A stretch of DNA of 33,592 nt from Candidatus Taenaricola geysiri (GCA_002781985.1 PFGP01000107.1:20011-53602), one strand, 5' to 3'. Shown: positions 1 through 8,929, counted from the stretch's first letter. Notes: a model not told the origin generated them from the sequence alone. Made by a program: numbers and translations.

Positions 1-34
1 CGGTACGGGTATGTATAGGATTCAGGGCAAATAA
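1..34 (+). CDS. 3' end of an upstream gene (possibly nadD), partial
   Basis: Frame from position 2 reads GTGMYRIQGK* with TAA at 32-34. nadD commonly precedes rsfS and often ends in a GLY-like motif, but 10 codons are too few to confirm. Confidence 0.25.
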   Translation, partial: GTGMYRIQGK

Positions 35-49
35 GCAGGGAGATTTACC

Positions 50-403
50 ATAACTTCAAGAAACAAAGCCATATTGATAGCAAGCGCCGCAAGGGCTAAA
101 AAGGCAGAGGGCGTTGTAGTCCTTGATATGCGCAAGGTTTGCAACTTTACAGACTTTTTTGTTATCTCAAGCGCCGCAAGTGACAGGAAGATCAGGACAA
201 TAGCCGATGCGATCGAGGATGCGTTATCTAAAAAAGGCCTCGGTTTGAAAAAAAAGGAAGGTTACAGAGAAGCTTCCTGGGTGCTTATAGACAGCGGTAA
301 TGTTATTGCCCATGTATTCAGTGACGATGCCAGGCAGTTTTACGCGCTGGAGCGCCTATGGTCAAAGGCCGCGAAGCTAAAAATACCGCGAAAAAAGAAA
401 TAA
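50..403 (+). CDS. rsfS: Ribosome silencing factor RsfS (Iojap/YbeB family)
   Basis: Motifs KKAEGVVVLDMR, FTDFFVISS, EG..WVLID.G.VI.HVF...R.FY.LERLW. The ORF track starts at TTG 74, but the frame extends to ATA 50, which has a GGGAG SD at 38-42. Confidence 0.95.
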   Translation: MTSRNKAILIASAARAKKAEGVVVLDMRKVCNFTDFFVISSAASDRKIRTIADAIEDALSKKGLGLKKKEGYREASWVLIDSGNVIAHVFSDDARQFYALERLWSKAAKLKIPRKKK

Positions 404-427
404 ATAAATCAGAGGTAAATGAAGACC

Positions 428-469
428 TGAGCGATTAATATGTTTTACCTTAATCGCTCATTTATTTTT
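428..469 (+). terminator. Intrinsic terminator-like hairpin between rsfS and argS
   Basis: TGAGCGATTAA (428-438) pairs with TTAATCGCTCA (450-460), a perfect 11-bp stem followed by TTTATTTTT. Confidence 0.65.
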
Positions 470-484
470 AAATTTAGATAAAAT

Positions 485-2155
485 ATGGATACGGATAAGC
501 TGTTAAAAAAAATAATATACGATGCATCCAGGAAGTTGTTTAAGGGCGTATCTATTACTGAGCAGAATATTATACTTCAAGCCCCCAAGCTGCCTGAGCA
601 TGGCCATATATCAACAAATATAGCTATGAGGGTTTCAAAGGCAGCCGGTATTTCCGGCATGGAAGCAGCCGGGAAAATAATAGGCGCTATACAGAGAAAT
701 ATTATAAAAACGCCGTTAAACGCGAAGATATCCCAGATATGCGCCAAAGAACCGGGTTTTATAAACTTTTTTTTTACGAATCTTGCCATTTATGACGTGC
801 TGGAGGATATAAATAAAAAAGGCGATATGTACGGCTCCTGCGACATGGGTAAAAATAGAAAGATTCAGATAGAATTTGTAAGCGCCAATCCTACCGGCCC
901 GTTAAGCGTAGCCCATGGCCGCCAGGCGGCTGTTGGCGATGCCCTGGGCAATATACTTGATTTTGCAGGATGGAAAGTGACCAGGGAATACTTCATAAAT
1001 GACCAGGGCAGGCAGATGGATATTTTAGGCGAATCCATACGCCAGCGATACCTTGAGTTTTTAGGGCAGAGTCATGAATTTCCCGAGGAGGGATATAAAG
1101 GCGAGTATATACGCGATATCGCCAAATTAGTAATGGATAAATATTCCGACAAATACATAAAGCCGGACGAGACTGCCAGGTCGTTTTTCAGGGATTACGG
1201 TTGCGAATTCATAATGAATGTTATAAAAAGCGAGCTTGAGGATTTTGGCGTTATCTTTGATGTCTGGACTTCACAGGCAAAACTTGTAAGTACAAGTAAA
1301 ATAGAAGGCGCCCTTAAAATTCTCAGGAAGAAAAAGTTTTTATACGAGTCCGAGGGCGCTGTATGGTTTAAATCAACGGCTTTCGGTGATGACAAGGACA
1401 GGGTTGTTATAAAAAGTGACGGTTCTTACACCTACCTTGCGCCTGACATAGCGTATCACCAGGACAAGTTCCAGCGCAAGTTTGATAAGGTTATAAATAT
1501 CTGGGGGCCTGACCATCACGGCTATATCCCCAGGATAACAGCTGCAGTGCAGGCGCTTGGATTTGCTAAAGATGCGATAACTGTTTTAATAGTGCAGCTT
1601 GCCACGTTATGGCGCGGCACTGAGCAAGTCCGCATGTCAACGCGCGCAGGCGAATTTGTAACGTTGCGGCAGGTAATGCAGGACACAGGAAAAGGCGCAG
1701 CAAGGTTTTTCTTTTTAGCCAGGAAGATATCAAGCCATCTTGATTTTGACATAGAGCTTGCAAAAAAACAGTCGCAGGAAAACCCTGTTTATTATGTTCA
1801 GTACGCGCATGCCAGGATATGCAATATAATAGAGCACGCAAATGCCGAAGGCCATAAAAATACAACAAATCCTGATTTTAAACTGCTCATTCAGCAGGAG
1901 GAACTTGATTTGATCAGGGAGCTTGGCGAATTTCCGTCGGTAATTGCCCTGTGCGCGCAAAGCCTTGAGCCATGCGGGCTTGTGTCTTACCTGCAGTCAA
2001 CGGCAAATAAATTCCATTCTTTTTATGACAAACACAGGGTTGTAAGCGATGATACAGAGCTGACCAAGGCGCGCCTTGCGCTGATTGCAGCTACTAAAAC
2101 AGTGTTATCTACCGCATTAAGGCTTCTCGGAGTTTCAGCGCCAATAAAGATGTAA
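485..2155 (+). CDS. argS: Arginine--tRNA ligase
   Basis: EFVSANPTGPLSVAHGR (HIGH-like motif), GDDKDRV, WGPDHHGY, RMSTRAG, NPVYYVQYAHARI and a C-terminal DALR domain ending GVSAPIKM. Confidence 0.98.
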   Translation: MDTDKLLKKIIYDASRKLFKGVSITEQNIILQAPKLPEHGHISTNIAMRVSKAAGISGMEAAGKIIGAIQRNIIKTPLNAKISQICAKEPGFINFFFTNLAIYDVLEDINKKGDMYGSCDMGKNRKIQIEFVSANPTGPLSVAHGRQAAVGDALGNILDFAGWKVTREYFINDQGRQMDILGESIRQRYLEFLGQSHEFPEEGYKGEYIRDIAKLVMDKYSDKYIKPDETARSFFRDYGCEFIMNVIKSELEDFGVIFDVWTSQAKLVSTSKIEGALKILRKKKFLYESEGAVWFKSTAFGDDKDRVVIKSDGSYTYLAPDIAYHQDKFQRKFDKVINIWGPDHHGYIPRITAAVQALGFAKDAITVLIVQLATLWRGTEQVRMSTRAGEFVTLRQVMQDTGKGAARFFFLARKISSHLDFDIELAKKQSQENPVYYVQYAHARICNIIEHANAEGHKNTTNPDFKLLIQQEELDLIRELGEFPSVIALCAQSLEPCGLVSYLQSTANKFHSFYDKHRVVSDDTELTKARLALIAATKTVLSTALRLLGVSAPIKM

Positions 2156-2158
2156 CCC

Positions 2159-4057
2159 ATGTTTGAATCCTTTAAAATCTATATAAATATTGAAATCTCT
2201 CCGTATGAATTAAGCAAAACCTTTGACCGCTACGGTTATAAGCGCCAGGAGCGCGTATCCGAGGAAGGCGATTTTGCGTCGCGCGGCGGCATACTTGATA
2301 TATTTATCGTTGGTTTTGATAACCCGGTGCGCATTGAGTTTGAGTCGGATAAGATAATCTCCATAAGAAGTTTTGATGTAGTTTACGGCGATTATACGGA
2401 TTACCATAATATGGTAATCCTTGTTTCTTTAAAGGGCACATCAAGGCGCCGTTTAAAAACAAGGATGGCTGATTTAGGCGAAGAGATTCCGATAAATAAT
2501 TTCGTTGATGTAGAGCCGGATGATTACGTGGTTCATGTTGAGTATGGGATAGGCGTTTATAAGGGCATTGAAAAGGTAAAGCTGGATAATAAGTATCATG
2601 ACAATATAGTAATAGAGTATGCGAATTCCGACAGGCTTTTTCTGCCTGTTAATGAAATACACCTGATACAGAAATATATAGGTTTTGAAGGAAGGCCGCC
2701 TAAGGTTTCCAGGCTTGGTTCAATGGTATGGAAAAGAGCCAAGCATGACACCAAAGAAGGCGTGCGTTCGCTTGCAAAAGAATTGCTTACTATACAGGCA
2801 AAAAGACAGGCGTTATCAGGTTTTAAATTTTCAAAAGATACCGAATGGCAGGCAGACCTTGAGGCTGATTTCATATTCAAGGAAACGCCGGATCAATTGC
2901 GCTGTATAAAAGAGCTTAAGAGCGACATGGAGTCTGAGCGGCCGATGGATCGGCTTTTATGCGGCGATGTGGGCTACGGAAAAACAGAAGTGGCTTTAAG
3001 AGCGGCATTTAAGGCTGTTATGGATAACAAGCAGGTAGCTATTTTAGTGCCCACCACAATACTTGCAGAACAGCATTATTTGACTTTTACCAGGCGCCTT
3101 GAAAAATTCGGCGTCTCTGTGCAGATGTTATCAAGGTTCAGGTCAACTGCAGAACAAAAAGAAATCCTAAAAGATGTTGCCGCAAGAGGTGTTGATATTA
3201 TTATCGGCACGCATAAACTTCTGTCTGATAATATGAAATTCAGGGATCTCGGGCTTGTTATTATTGACGAGGAGCAGCGTTTCGGGGTAAGGCATAAGGA
3301 AAAACTAAAAAAATTGCGTCATACAGTTGATGTGTTAACCATGACAGCAACTCCTATACCAAGGACATTATATATGTCGCTTATGGGCGCAAAGGATATG
3401 TCTATTTTAAATACGCCTCCTCCTGACCGGCAGCCGATTAAGACAAAGGTCTGCGCCTTTGACGATAATGTTATAAGACAGGCGATAAAAAGAGAGATTG
3501 ACAGAAAGGGCCAAGTATTTTTTATACATAACAGAATTGAAAATATAGACAAGGTTATGACGCATATAGCCAGGCTCGTTCCCCAGGCAAAAATAGCCCG
3601 GGCCCATGGCAGGATGTCAGCGCCTGAACTGGAAGAGGTTATGCTGGACTTTATTCACGGAAAGAAGAATGTGCTTGTCTCAACGAATATAATAGAGTCA
3701 GGTATAGATATACCCAACGCCAATACGATTCTGGTAAACCGCGCGGATACTTTCGGGCTTGCGGATTTATATCAGTTGCGCGGCAGGGTGGGCAGGTTTA
3801 AACAGGAGGCATGCGCGTATTTTCTTATTCCAAAAGGAGCTGTTCTTGACGCGCCTGCGAAAAAGCGCTTGCGCGCTGTCGCTAAATTCACTGCGCTAGG
3901 GAGCGGTTTTAAGATAGCCATGGAGGACCTGCAGCTTCGCGGCGCAGGCAACATATTGGGTTCGCAGCAGCACGGCTATGTATCAATGGTGGGTTTTGAC
4001 CTTTATTGCCGGCTTTTGCGCGAAGCAGTTTCAGAATGTGCTTGTGTTAAGCAGTGA
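2159..4057 (+). CDS. mfd: Transcription-repair coupling factor Mfd, compact 632-aa form
   Basis: UvrB-homology D2 segment (EGDFASRGGILDIF), CarD-like RID (DYVVHVEYGIGVY), GDVGYGKTEVA, DEEQRFG, TATPIPRT, QLRGRVGR and the TRG motif (DLQLRGAGNILG). Ends at GFDLYCRLLREAV with no D7 domain. Confidence 0.93.
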   Translation: MFESFKIYINIEISPYELSKTFDRYGYKRQERVSEEGDFASRGGILDIFIVGFDNPVRIEFESDKIISIRSFDVVYGDYTDYHNMVILVSLKGTSRRRLKTRMADLGEEIPINNFVDVEPDDYVVHVEYGIGVYKGIEKVKLDNKYHDNIVIEYANSDRLFLPVNEIHLIQKYIGFEGRPPKVSRLGSMVWKRAKHDTKEGVRSLAKELLTIQAKRQALSGFKFSKDTEWQADLEADFIFKETPDQLRCIKELKSDMESERPMDRLLCGDVGYGKTEVALRAAFKAVMDNKQVAILVPTTILAEQHYLTFTRRLEKFGVSVQMLSRFRSTAEQKEILKDVAARGVDIIIGTHKLLSDNMKFRDLGLVIIDEEQRFGVRHKEKLKKLRHTVDVLTMTATPIPRTLYMSLMGAKDMSILNTPPPDRQPIKTKVCAFDDNVIRQAIKREIDRKGQVFFIHNRIENIDKVMTHIARLVPQAKIARAHGRMSAPELEEVMLDFIHGKKNVLVSTNIIESGIDIPNANTILVNRADTFGLADLYQLRGRVGRFKQEACAYFLIPKGAVLDAPAKKRLRAVAKFTALGSGFKIAMEDLQLRGAGNILGSQQHGYVSMVGFDLYCRLLREAVSECACVKQ

Positions 4058-4070
4058 AACATGCTATAAT
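4042..4070 (+). promoter_or_regulatory. Putative sigma70 promoter for the PPIase genes
   Basis: TTGTGT(4042-4047)-17 nt-TATAAT(4065-4070) with an extended -10 TG; a GGAGG SD follows before ATG 4112. Confidence 0.65.
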
Positions 4071-4111
4071 TATCACTCAAATTTACCCCTAGAAAAATCG
4101 GAGGTTATTGC

Positions 4112-4951
4112 ATGAATAGAAATATAAGCATTGGTGTAGGTATTTTATTATGCTTGATTGCCATAGGGTGCAATCTTAAGCCGGGGGACAAGGTAATTGC
4201 CAGGGTAAACAACGAGGCGATAACAGAATCGGAATTTCAGGCCAGGATAAACCGCCTGCCGGCGTATTACCGCGCATTGGCAGTCGAGCAGAAGGAGAGG
4301 TTTTTAGACGAGATTATAAATGAAAAGCTTTTTTTGAAAGAGGCCTACAGGCTTCACGTTGACAGAAATAAAGAGGTGAAGGATCTTGTAGACGAGGCGC
4401 GCAAAAAGATAATAACCGCTAAATATATTGAAGACCAGATAAAGAAAAATACGAAAATAAGCAGCAAGGATATAGAGCAGTATTACGAACTTCACAAGAA
4501 GGAATTTGTCACGCTTGAACGCTACAGGGCCAGTCACATACTGGTCCTGACGCAGGATGAGGCCAAAAAGGTTTTGGTTCGCCTTAATAATGGCGAGGAT
4601 TTTTCAGCTGTAGCAAAAGAAGTCTCCATAGATCCATCCAAGACAAACGGCGGCGACCTCGGGTATTTTACAGAAGGCCAGATGATACCGGATTTTGAGG
4701 CTGCCTGCTTTAAGCTTGAGCCCGGCCAGACCAGCGATATTGTAAAAACACAGTTTGGTTACCACGTGATAAGGCTTACAGAAAAAATACCTGCGCACGA
4801 AAGGCCTTTAAACGAGGCCAGTGAACAGATAAAATCGCGCCTGATGGATGCAAAAAAGATCCAAAACCTGCAGGAGATAATAAAGGACCTGCGTTCAAGG
4901 GCAAAGATAACCGTATACAAGGAATCGTCAAATGACAAAGACAGCCAGTAG
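4112..4951 (+). CDS. Parvulin (PpiC-type) peptidyl-prolyl isomerase, PrsA-like lipoprotein
   Basis: Lipobox-like LIAIGC; RASHILV, GEDFSAVAKEVSID, GGDLGYF, MIPDFE and KTQFGYHVI motifs. Confidence 0.92.
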   Translation: MNRNISIGVGILLCLIAIGCNLKPGDKVIARVNNEAITESEFQARINRLPAYYRALAVEQKERFLDEIINEKLFLKEAYRLHVDRNKEVKDLVDEARKKIITAKYIEDQIKKNTKISSKDIEQYYELHKKEFVTLERYRASHILVLTQDEAKKVLVRLNNGEDFSAVAKEVSIDPSKTNGGDLGYFTEGQMIPDFEAACFKLEPGQTSDIVKTQFGYHVIRLTEKIPAHERPLNEASEQIKSRLMDAKKIQNLQEIIKDLRSRAKITVYKESSNDKDSQ

Positions 4952-5873
4952 AGCCGGATTTATTTTGGTTTTTTGTTTTTCTTTTTTGGCCCTGGCCGCG
5001 CCATATATATGTTTTGCTGAGGTGGTGGATAAGATAGCCGCAGTAGTCAATGACCAGACCATAACAGCTTCTGAGCTTGATGATGCAGCCAAGCCTATGG
5101 GCCAGCAAAAGGCCTCCAGCCAGGAGAGAAAAGAAGTGCTTGAGCGGCTAATTGAGGAAAAACTTATACTTCAGGAGGCCAAAAAGTTTAAAATGCCGGT
5201 TTCAAACGCAGAGATAGATGCTATGCTGAAACAGGTAAAATCAAAATTTCCGAATGAAAAGGCGTTTTATAAAGCCATGCAGGATCAGGGCCTGAACCTG
5301 TGGGAGCTGAAAAAGACGTATAAAGACCAGATTATGGTGAAAAAGATGGTAAGGCAGTATGTCAGGGAATACGCGAATATTACGCCTGTCCAGATAACAG
5401 AGTTTTATGATGCCCATATAGATGATTACAGCGTGCCGGACGCAGTGGACATATCGCAGATTTTGATAAAATATAAGCCAAACCATGAATCGCTAAAAAC
5501 TGAAAAAACGGCTTTGAAGATCGCGCAGATTCTTGATACCGGCGTTGATTTTGAATCTGTTGCCAGAAAATATTCCGAAGGCCCTAACAGGAAAAACAGC
5601 GGCCATATAGGGTTTGTAAATCGCGGGGATATGGCAAAAGAGATAGACGATGTGATTTCTAATATGAAGGAAGGCGAGATCTCAAAACCCATTAAACTTG
5701 CGGTTGGGTTTTCCATAATAAAGGTGAATTCAATAAGAAAAGAACAGCATATGCCCATTGAAGAGGTAAAAGGCGATATTGAAGACAGGCTCCTTGATGA
5801 AGCGGCAAAGAATGTGCTTGGTAAATGGGTCAAAGAGCTCAGGGAAAAGGCCTTTATATCCATAAAAGACTGA
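4932..5873 (+). CDS. SurA-like periplasmic chaperone/PPIase
   Basis: Signal peptide; SurA N-terminal VVDKIAAVVNDQTITASEL; a single parvulin domain (ISQILI, DFESVARKYS, GHIGFV); C-terminal WVKELREKAFI. Confidence 0.88.
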   Translation: MTKTASRAGFILVFCFSFLALAAPYICFAEVVDKIAAVVNDQTITASELDDAAKPMGQQKASSQERKEVLERLIEEKLILQEAKKFKMPVSNAEIDAMLKQVKSKFPNEKAFYKAMQDQGLNLWELKKTYKDQIMVKKMVRQYVREYANITPVQITEFYDAHIDDYSVPDAVDISQILIKYKPNHESLKTEKTALKIAQILDTGVDFESVARKYSEGPNRKNSGHIGFVNRGDMAKEIDDVISNMKEGEISKPIKLAVGFSIIKVNSIRKEQHMPIEEVKGDIEDRLLDEAAKNVLGKWVKELREKAFISIKD

Positions 5874-5879
5874 TATTCC

Positions 5880-5908
5880 TTGACGAGTAATGTTATTTAT
5901 GGTATTAT
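5880..5908 (+). promoter_or_regulatory. Putative sigma70 promoter for the minor-pilin cassette
   Basis: TTGACG(5880-5885)-17 nt-TATTAT(5903-5908) with an extended -10 TG; only 9 nt separate it from ATG 5918. Confidence 0.65.
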
Positions 5909-5917
5909 TATAACCCT

Positions 5918-6322
5918 ATGGTTAGCAGGCTTAAAGACAATATAAGCTTGACCCTTGTTGAAGTTCTGATAGCCATGCTTATTTTAAGCACTTCAGCGGC
6001 AGGTGTGCTGGGTTCTTTCTCATATGCGTTTAAGTTTATACTTCGCGCAGGCGCCAAGATAGAGGCAATGAACTATGGCCGCAAGGCCATGGAGGCATAC
6101 AGGGCGTTGACTTTAGTCAGCGCTTCTGATCCGAGGTTGAGCGATACACCGGCAGTCGGAGAGGATGTTAAAGGCAGCGCCAGTCCGAATTCAATCGATA
6201 CAGGCGATACCTGGTTTTCGCCTGATTACGGGTCAGATGTAAAGGTGATTATTGCGGATTGGGCTAATAATGGCGCAACAGGCAAGCAGATAAGCGTAAA
6301 GGTGGATTGGAATGCGCCTTAA
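5918..6322 (+). CDS. Type IV prepilin-like protein (PilV/GspI-like minor pilin)
   Basis: Class III signal ...KDNIS|LTLVEVLIAMLIL with Glu at +5 followed by a hydrophobic helix; C-terminal KQISVKVDW strand typical of PilV-like proteins. Confidence 0.75.
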   Translation: MVSRLKDNISLTLVEVLIAMLILSTSAAGVLGSFSYAFKFILRAGAKIEAMNYGRKAMEAYRALTLVSASDPRLSDTPAVGEDVKGSASPNSIDTGDTWFSPDYGSDVKVIIADWANNGATGKQISVKVDWNAP

Positions 6323-6851
6323 TAATAAGAGCGGCATGTCGCTTTTAGAGATTACAATAGCAACGCTTATATTAAGCGTTGTGCTTATTTCAGCAGGATC
6401 TATTTATATAGCAGGCATAAGGGAGTTTAACAGGTCAGTTGAAGAGGCAAGGGCGCAGGTTGAGGCCTCTTTCGCGCTGGATCATATATTTCTGAACCTT
6501 ATGGGAGCCAAAGATATTATAACGTTTAATCCCGACAATATAGTTGTTACTGTTTACGATACGGTTACCAGTTCTGATAAAAAAATAAAATATGCGTTAA
6601 GCAACGGTAATAAAATCAATTTTTATCCGCCTTATTCAGGCAGCCCGGGTACGCCTGAGGTTATAGCCAGCGCTGATAGCATAGATCTGACATTTGCCAG
6701 GCCATTATGGAGAGATTCTTTGAATCCTCCTCCGCCGGATGGCACAGGCACTTATGTTAATAATTATGTTACAATAAATATTACAGTAACCAAAGGTAGG
6801 ATGAGCAAGACATTCAGCACAGGTGTTACTTTAAGGGGCATGAACCCGTAA
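6312..6851 (+). CDS. Type IV prepilin-like protein (PilW/GspJ-like minor pilin)
   Basis: NNKSG|MSLLEITIATLIL with Gly at -1, Glu at +5, a hydrophobic helix and a beta-rich C-terminus. Confidence 0.8.
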   Translation: MRLNNKSGMSLLEITIATLILSVVLISAGSIYIAGIREFNRSVEEARAQVEASFALDHIFLNLMGAKDIITFNPDNIVVTVYDTVTSSDKKIKYALSNGNKINFYPPYSGSPGTPEVIASADSIDLTFARPLWRDSLNPPPPDGTGTYVNNYVTINITVTKGRMSKTFSTGVTLRGMNP

Positions 6852-6858
6852 AACAATT

Positions 6859-7140
6859 ATGAATAACAAGGGCACCGCACTTATAGTTACCATGATTTAT
6901 TTGATTATAATCACGATAATATGCGCCGCGGTTTTGAGTTTTAGTTCAGGGCATTATAGATTCGTAAGCCAGAGGGTTGATAAGTTTCAGAACCTTTATT
7001 ATTCGGAAGGCGGGCTTTACCTTGGTTTGACCGGCGCCAGGGGTATTTATTATATACAGCCCGGCGATGCAAATACGACAGTAAATGTTACAAGTTCAAG
7101 CGGTAATCCGCAAGCCAGGCGCGATTATACCGCGTTGTAA
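6859..7140 (+). CDS. Short PilX/GspK-like minor pilin
   Basis: MNNKG|TALIVTMIY lacks Glu+5, the PilX/GspK hallmark; the NLYYSEGGL segment resembles the PilX AxYxAEAGL motif; only 93 aa. Confidence 0.65.
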   Translation: MNNKGTALIVTMIYLIIITIICAAVLSFSSGHYRFVSQRVDKFQNLYYSEGGLYLGLTGARGIYYIQPGDANTTVNVTSSSGNPQARRDYTAL

Positions 7141-7151
7141 TATTTAAGAAA

Positions 7152-7192
7152 GGTCCTGTTTTTCTGCTCGCAATAACAGGAAAAACAGGATC
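7152..7192. terminator. Hairpin after the pilin cassette (possible terminator or stabiliser)
   Basis: TCCTGTTTTTC (7154-7164) pairs with GAAAAACAGGA (7180-7190); no clear downstream T-tract. Confidence 0.4.
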
Positions 7193-7224
7193 AAAATTTA
7201 CTTCGTAAATTTTGGAGGTATGAT

Positions 7225-8019
7225 ATGGTTAATGAGACATGCAAGATTCACCCGGATAAGGAAATAGTTGATGTTTGCGCGCATTGCGGTAAAAAGGTGT
7301 GCGCGTTGTGCGCAGCAACGCTTGCTGACAAGACGTATTGCCTTGAATGCATAAAACTTGTCGATGCCAATGCCCAGGGCCAGCCGAAAACAATTGAATG
7401 GGAAAACCGTTCAGAAATAGGCCTGTTAAAGGCGTTAATCGGCACATGGAAGCAGATTTTACTTCATCCTAAAAAGTTTTTTGCGTCAATGCCTACCAAA
7501 GCAGCTATAGGCAGCCCGCTTTTGTTTGCGCTTATATGCGGTTCGGCTGCGATAATAGCATCGGCTTTTGTGAACATGCTGGTAGTGCTTTCAGGCACAA
7601 CGTTGCCCAATGTGCCGCCGGGTTCAACGCTTCCGCCGAAAGCGGTTATGGTGGGAAGCTATGTAGTGTTGATGATAATATCGCCGTTATTGGTGGCCGC
7701 CGGTATTTTTGTTATATCGGCAGTGTACCATCTTATAGTCCTGATTTTCGGCGGCAAGGAAGGGTTCCGCGCGACATTTAGGGTTTTGAGTTATTCCAAT
7801 GCCCTTGCTATTTTTAATATCGTGCCTCTTGCCGGGCCGATTTTTGTTACCGTGTATTCGGTTATTCTTTTTGTTATAGGTTTTAAAAATGCCCATAAAA
7901 TGAATACTGCCAGGGCAGTCATGGTAGCGTTATTGCCTATGGTTATTTTGTTTGTTATAGGGTTTGCGGCTGCTTTTTATCTTGCAAGTCAGGGCGCGGC
8001 CCTTCAGGGAGGTAAATAG
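7225..8019 (+). CDS. B-box-type zinc finger fused to a Yip1-family multi-pass membrane domain
   Basis: N-terminal CKIH...CAHC...CALC...CLEC; [12 protein letters not shown] Yip1-like motif; about 5 TM segments; [17 protein letters not shown]; GGAGG SD. Confidence 0.75.
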   Translation: MVNETCKIHPDKEIVDVCAHCGKKVCALCAATLADKTYCLECIKLVDANAQGQPKTIEWENRSEIGLLKALIGTWKQILLHPKKFFASMPTKAAIGSPLLFALICGSAAIIASAFVNMLVVLSGTTLPNVPPGSTLPPKAVMVGSYVVLMIISPLLVAAGIFVISAVYHLIVLIFGGKEGFRATFRVLSYSNALAIFNIVPLAGPIFVTVYSVILFVIGFKNAHKMNTARAVMVALLPMVILFVIGFAAAFYLASQGAALQGGK

Positions 8020-8024
8020 CAATC

Positions 8025-8468
8025 ATGGCAAAAGCAAAGACGTATATACCCAAGAAAAAGGATATAAAACAAAAATGGTTTCTCGTTGACGCTAACGGCC
8101 GGGTCCTGGGAAGGCTTGCAACAAGGATTGCAAGTATATTAAGGGGCAAGCATAAAACTATTTTTACCCCTAATATGGATACAGGAGACGGCGTGATAGT
8201 TATAAACGCCGAAAAGATTATTGTAACCGGCAAGAAACTAAAGGTAAAAGAATATAAGAGATTTTCAGGCTATCCAGGCGGGCTTCATACAAGGACTTTA
8301 GAAGAGATGTTGAAAACAAAACCCGAAGAGGTAATAATGCATGCGGTAAAAGGCATGTTGCCAAAAGGGCCGCTGGGCAGGAATACTATAAAGAAATTAA
8401 AGGTCTATGCAGGCGATAAGCATGAACATGCGGCGCAAAAGCCTGAAATTTTAAAATTGGAGGAATAA
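8025..8468 (+). CDS. rplM: 50S ribosomal protein L13
   Basis: [53 protein letters not shown]. Confidence 0.99.
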   Translation: MAKAKTYIPKKKDIKQKWFLVDANGRVLGRLATRIASILRGKHKTIFTPNMDTGDGVIVINAEKIIVTGKKLKVKEYKRFSGYPGGLHTRTLEEMLKTKPEEVIMHAVKGMLPKGPLGRNTIKKLKVYAGDKHEHAAQKPEILKLEE

Positions 8469-8472
8469 TACA

Positions 8473-8868
8473 TTGAGCGAAGCGCCAAGTTATAACGCAA
8501 CCGGAAGAAGAAAAGAATCCACTGTAAGGGTAAAACTCACGCCCGGCACAGGAAAGATTATTATAAACGGCATGCCGGATGATAAATATCTTTTAAGAGA
8601 AACCTTAAGGATGATAATACGCCAGCCGCTTGAGGCAACAGGCATGGTTTCTAAATTTGATATCCATGCCATTGCCAACGGCGGAGGCATATCAGGCCAG
8701 GCAGGCGCCATAAAACACGGCATTTCAAGAGCGCTGGTGAAATCCGATATAGCGCTGAGGCCTATTTTAAAGAAAGGCGGTTTCTTGACTAGGGACCCGC
8801 GCGCAAAAGAGCGCAAGAAATACGGCCAGAAAGGCGCGCGTAAAAGGTTCCAGTGGACCAAGAGGTAA
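8473..8868 (+). CDS. rpsI: 30S ribosomal protein S9
   Basis: [46 protein letters not shown]; TTG start with GGAGG SD. Confidence 0.99.
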   Translation: MSEAPSYNATGRRKESTVRVKLTPGTGKIIINGMPDDKYLLRETLRMIIRQPLEATGMVSKFDIHAIANGGGISGQAGAIKHGISRALVKSDIALRPILKKGGFLTRDPRAKERKKYGQKGARKRFQWTKR

Positions 8869-8883
8869 TATAAAAAGAATACG

Positions 8884-8929
8884 AAACCTACCTCTGGCCA
8901 GGGAAAAAAGAGGTAGGTTTTTTTATTTT
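8884..8929 (+). terminator. Intrinsic terminator after rpsI
   Basis: AAACCTACCTCT (8884-8895) pairs with AGAGGTAGGTTT (8909-8920), followed by TTTTATTTT. Confidence 0.8.

Noticed and set aside
404-484. T-box riboswitch upstream of argS
   Set aside because: The gap is only about 80 nt and has no T-box consensus or specifier stem.
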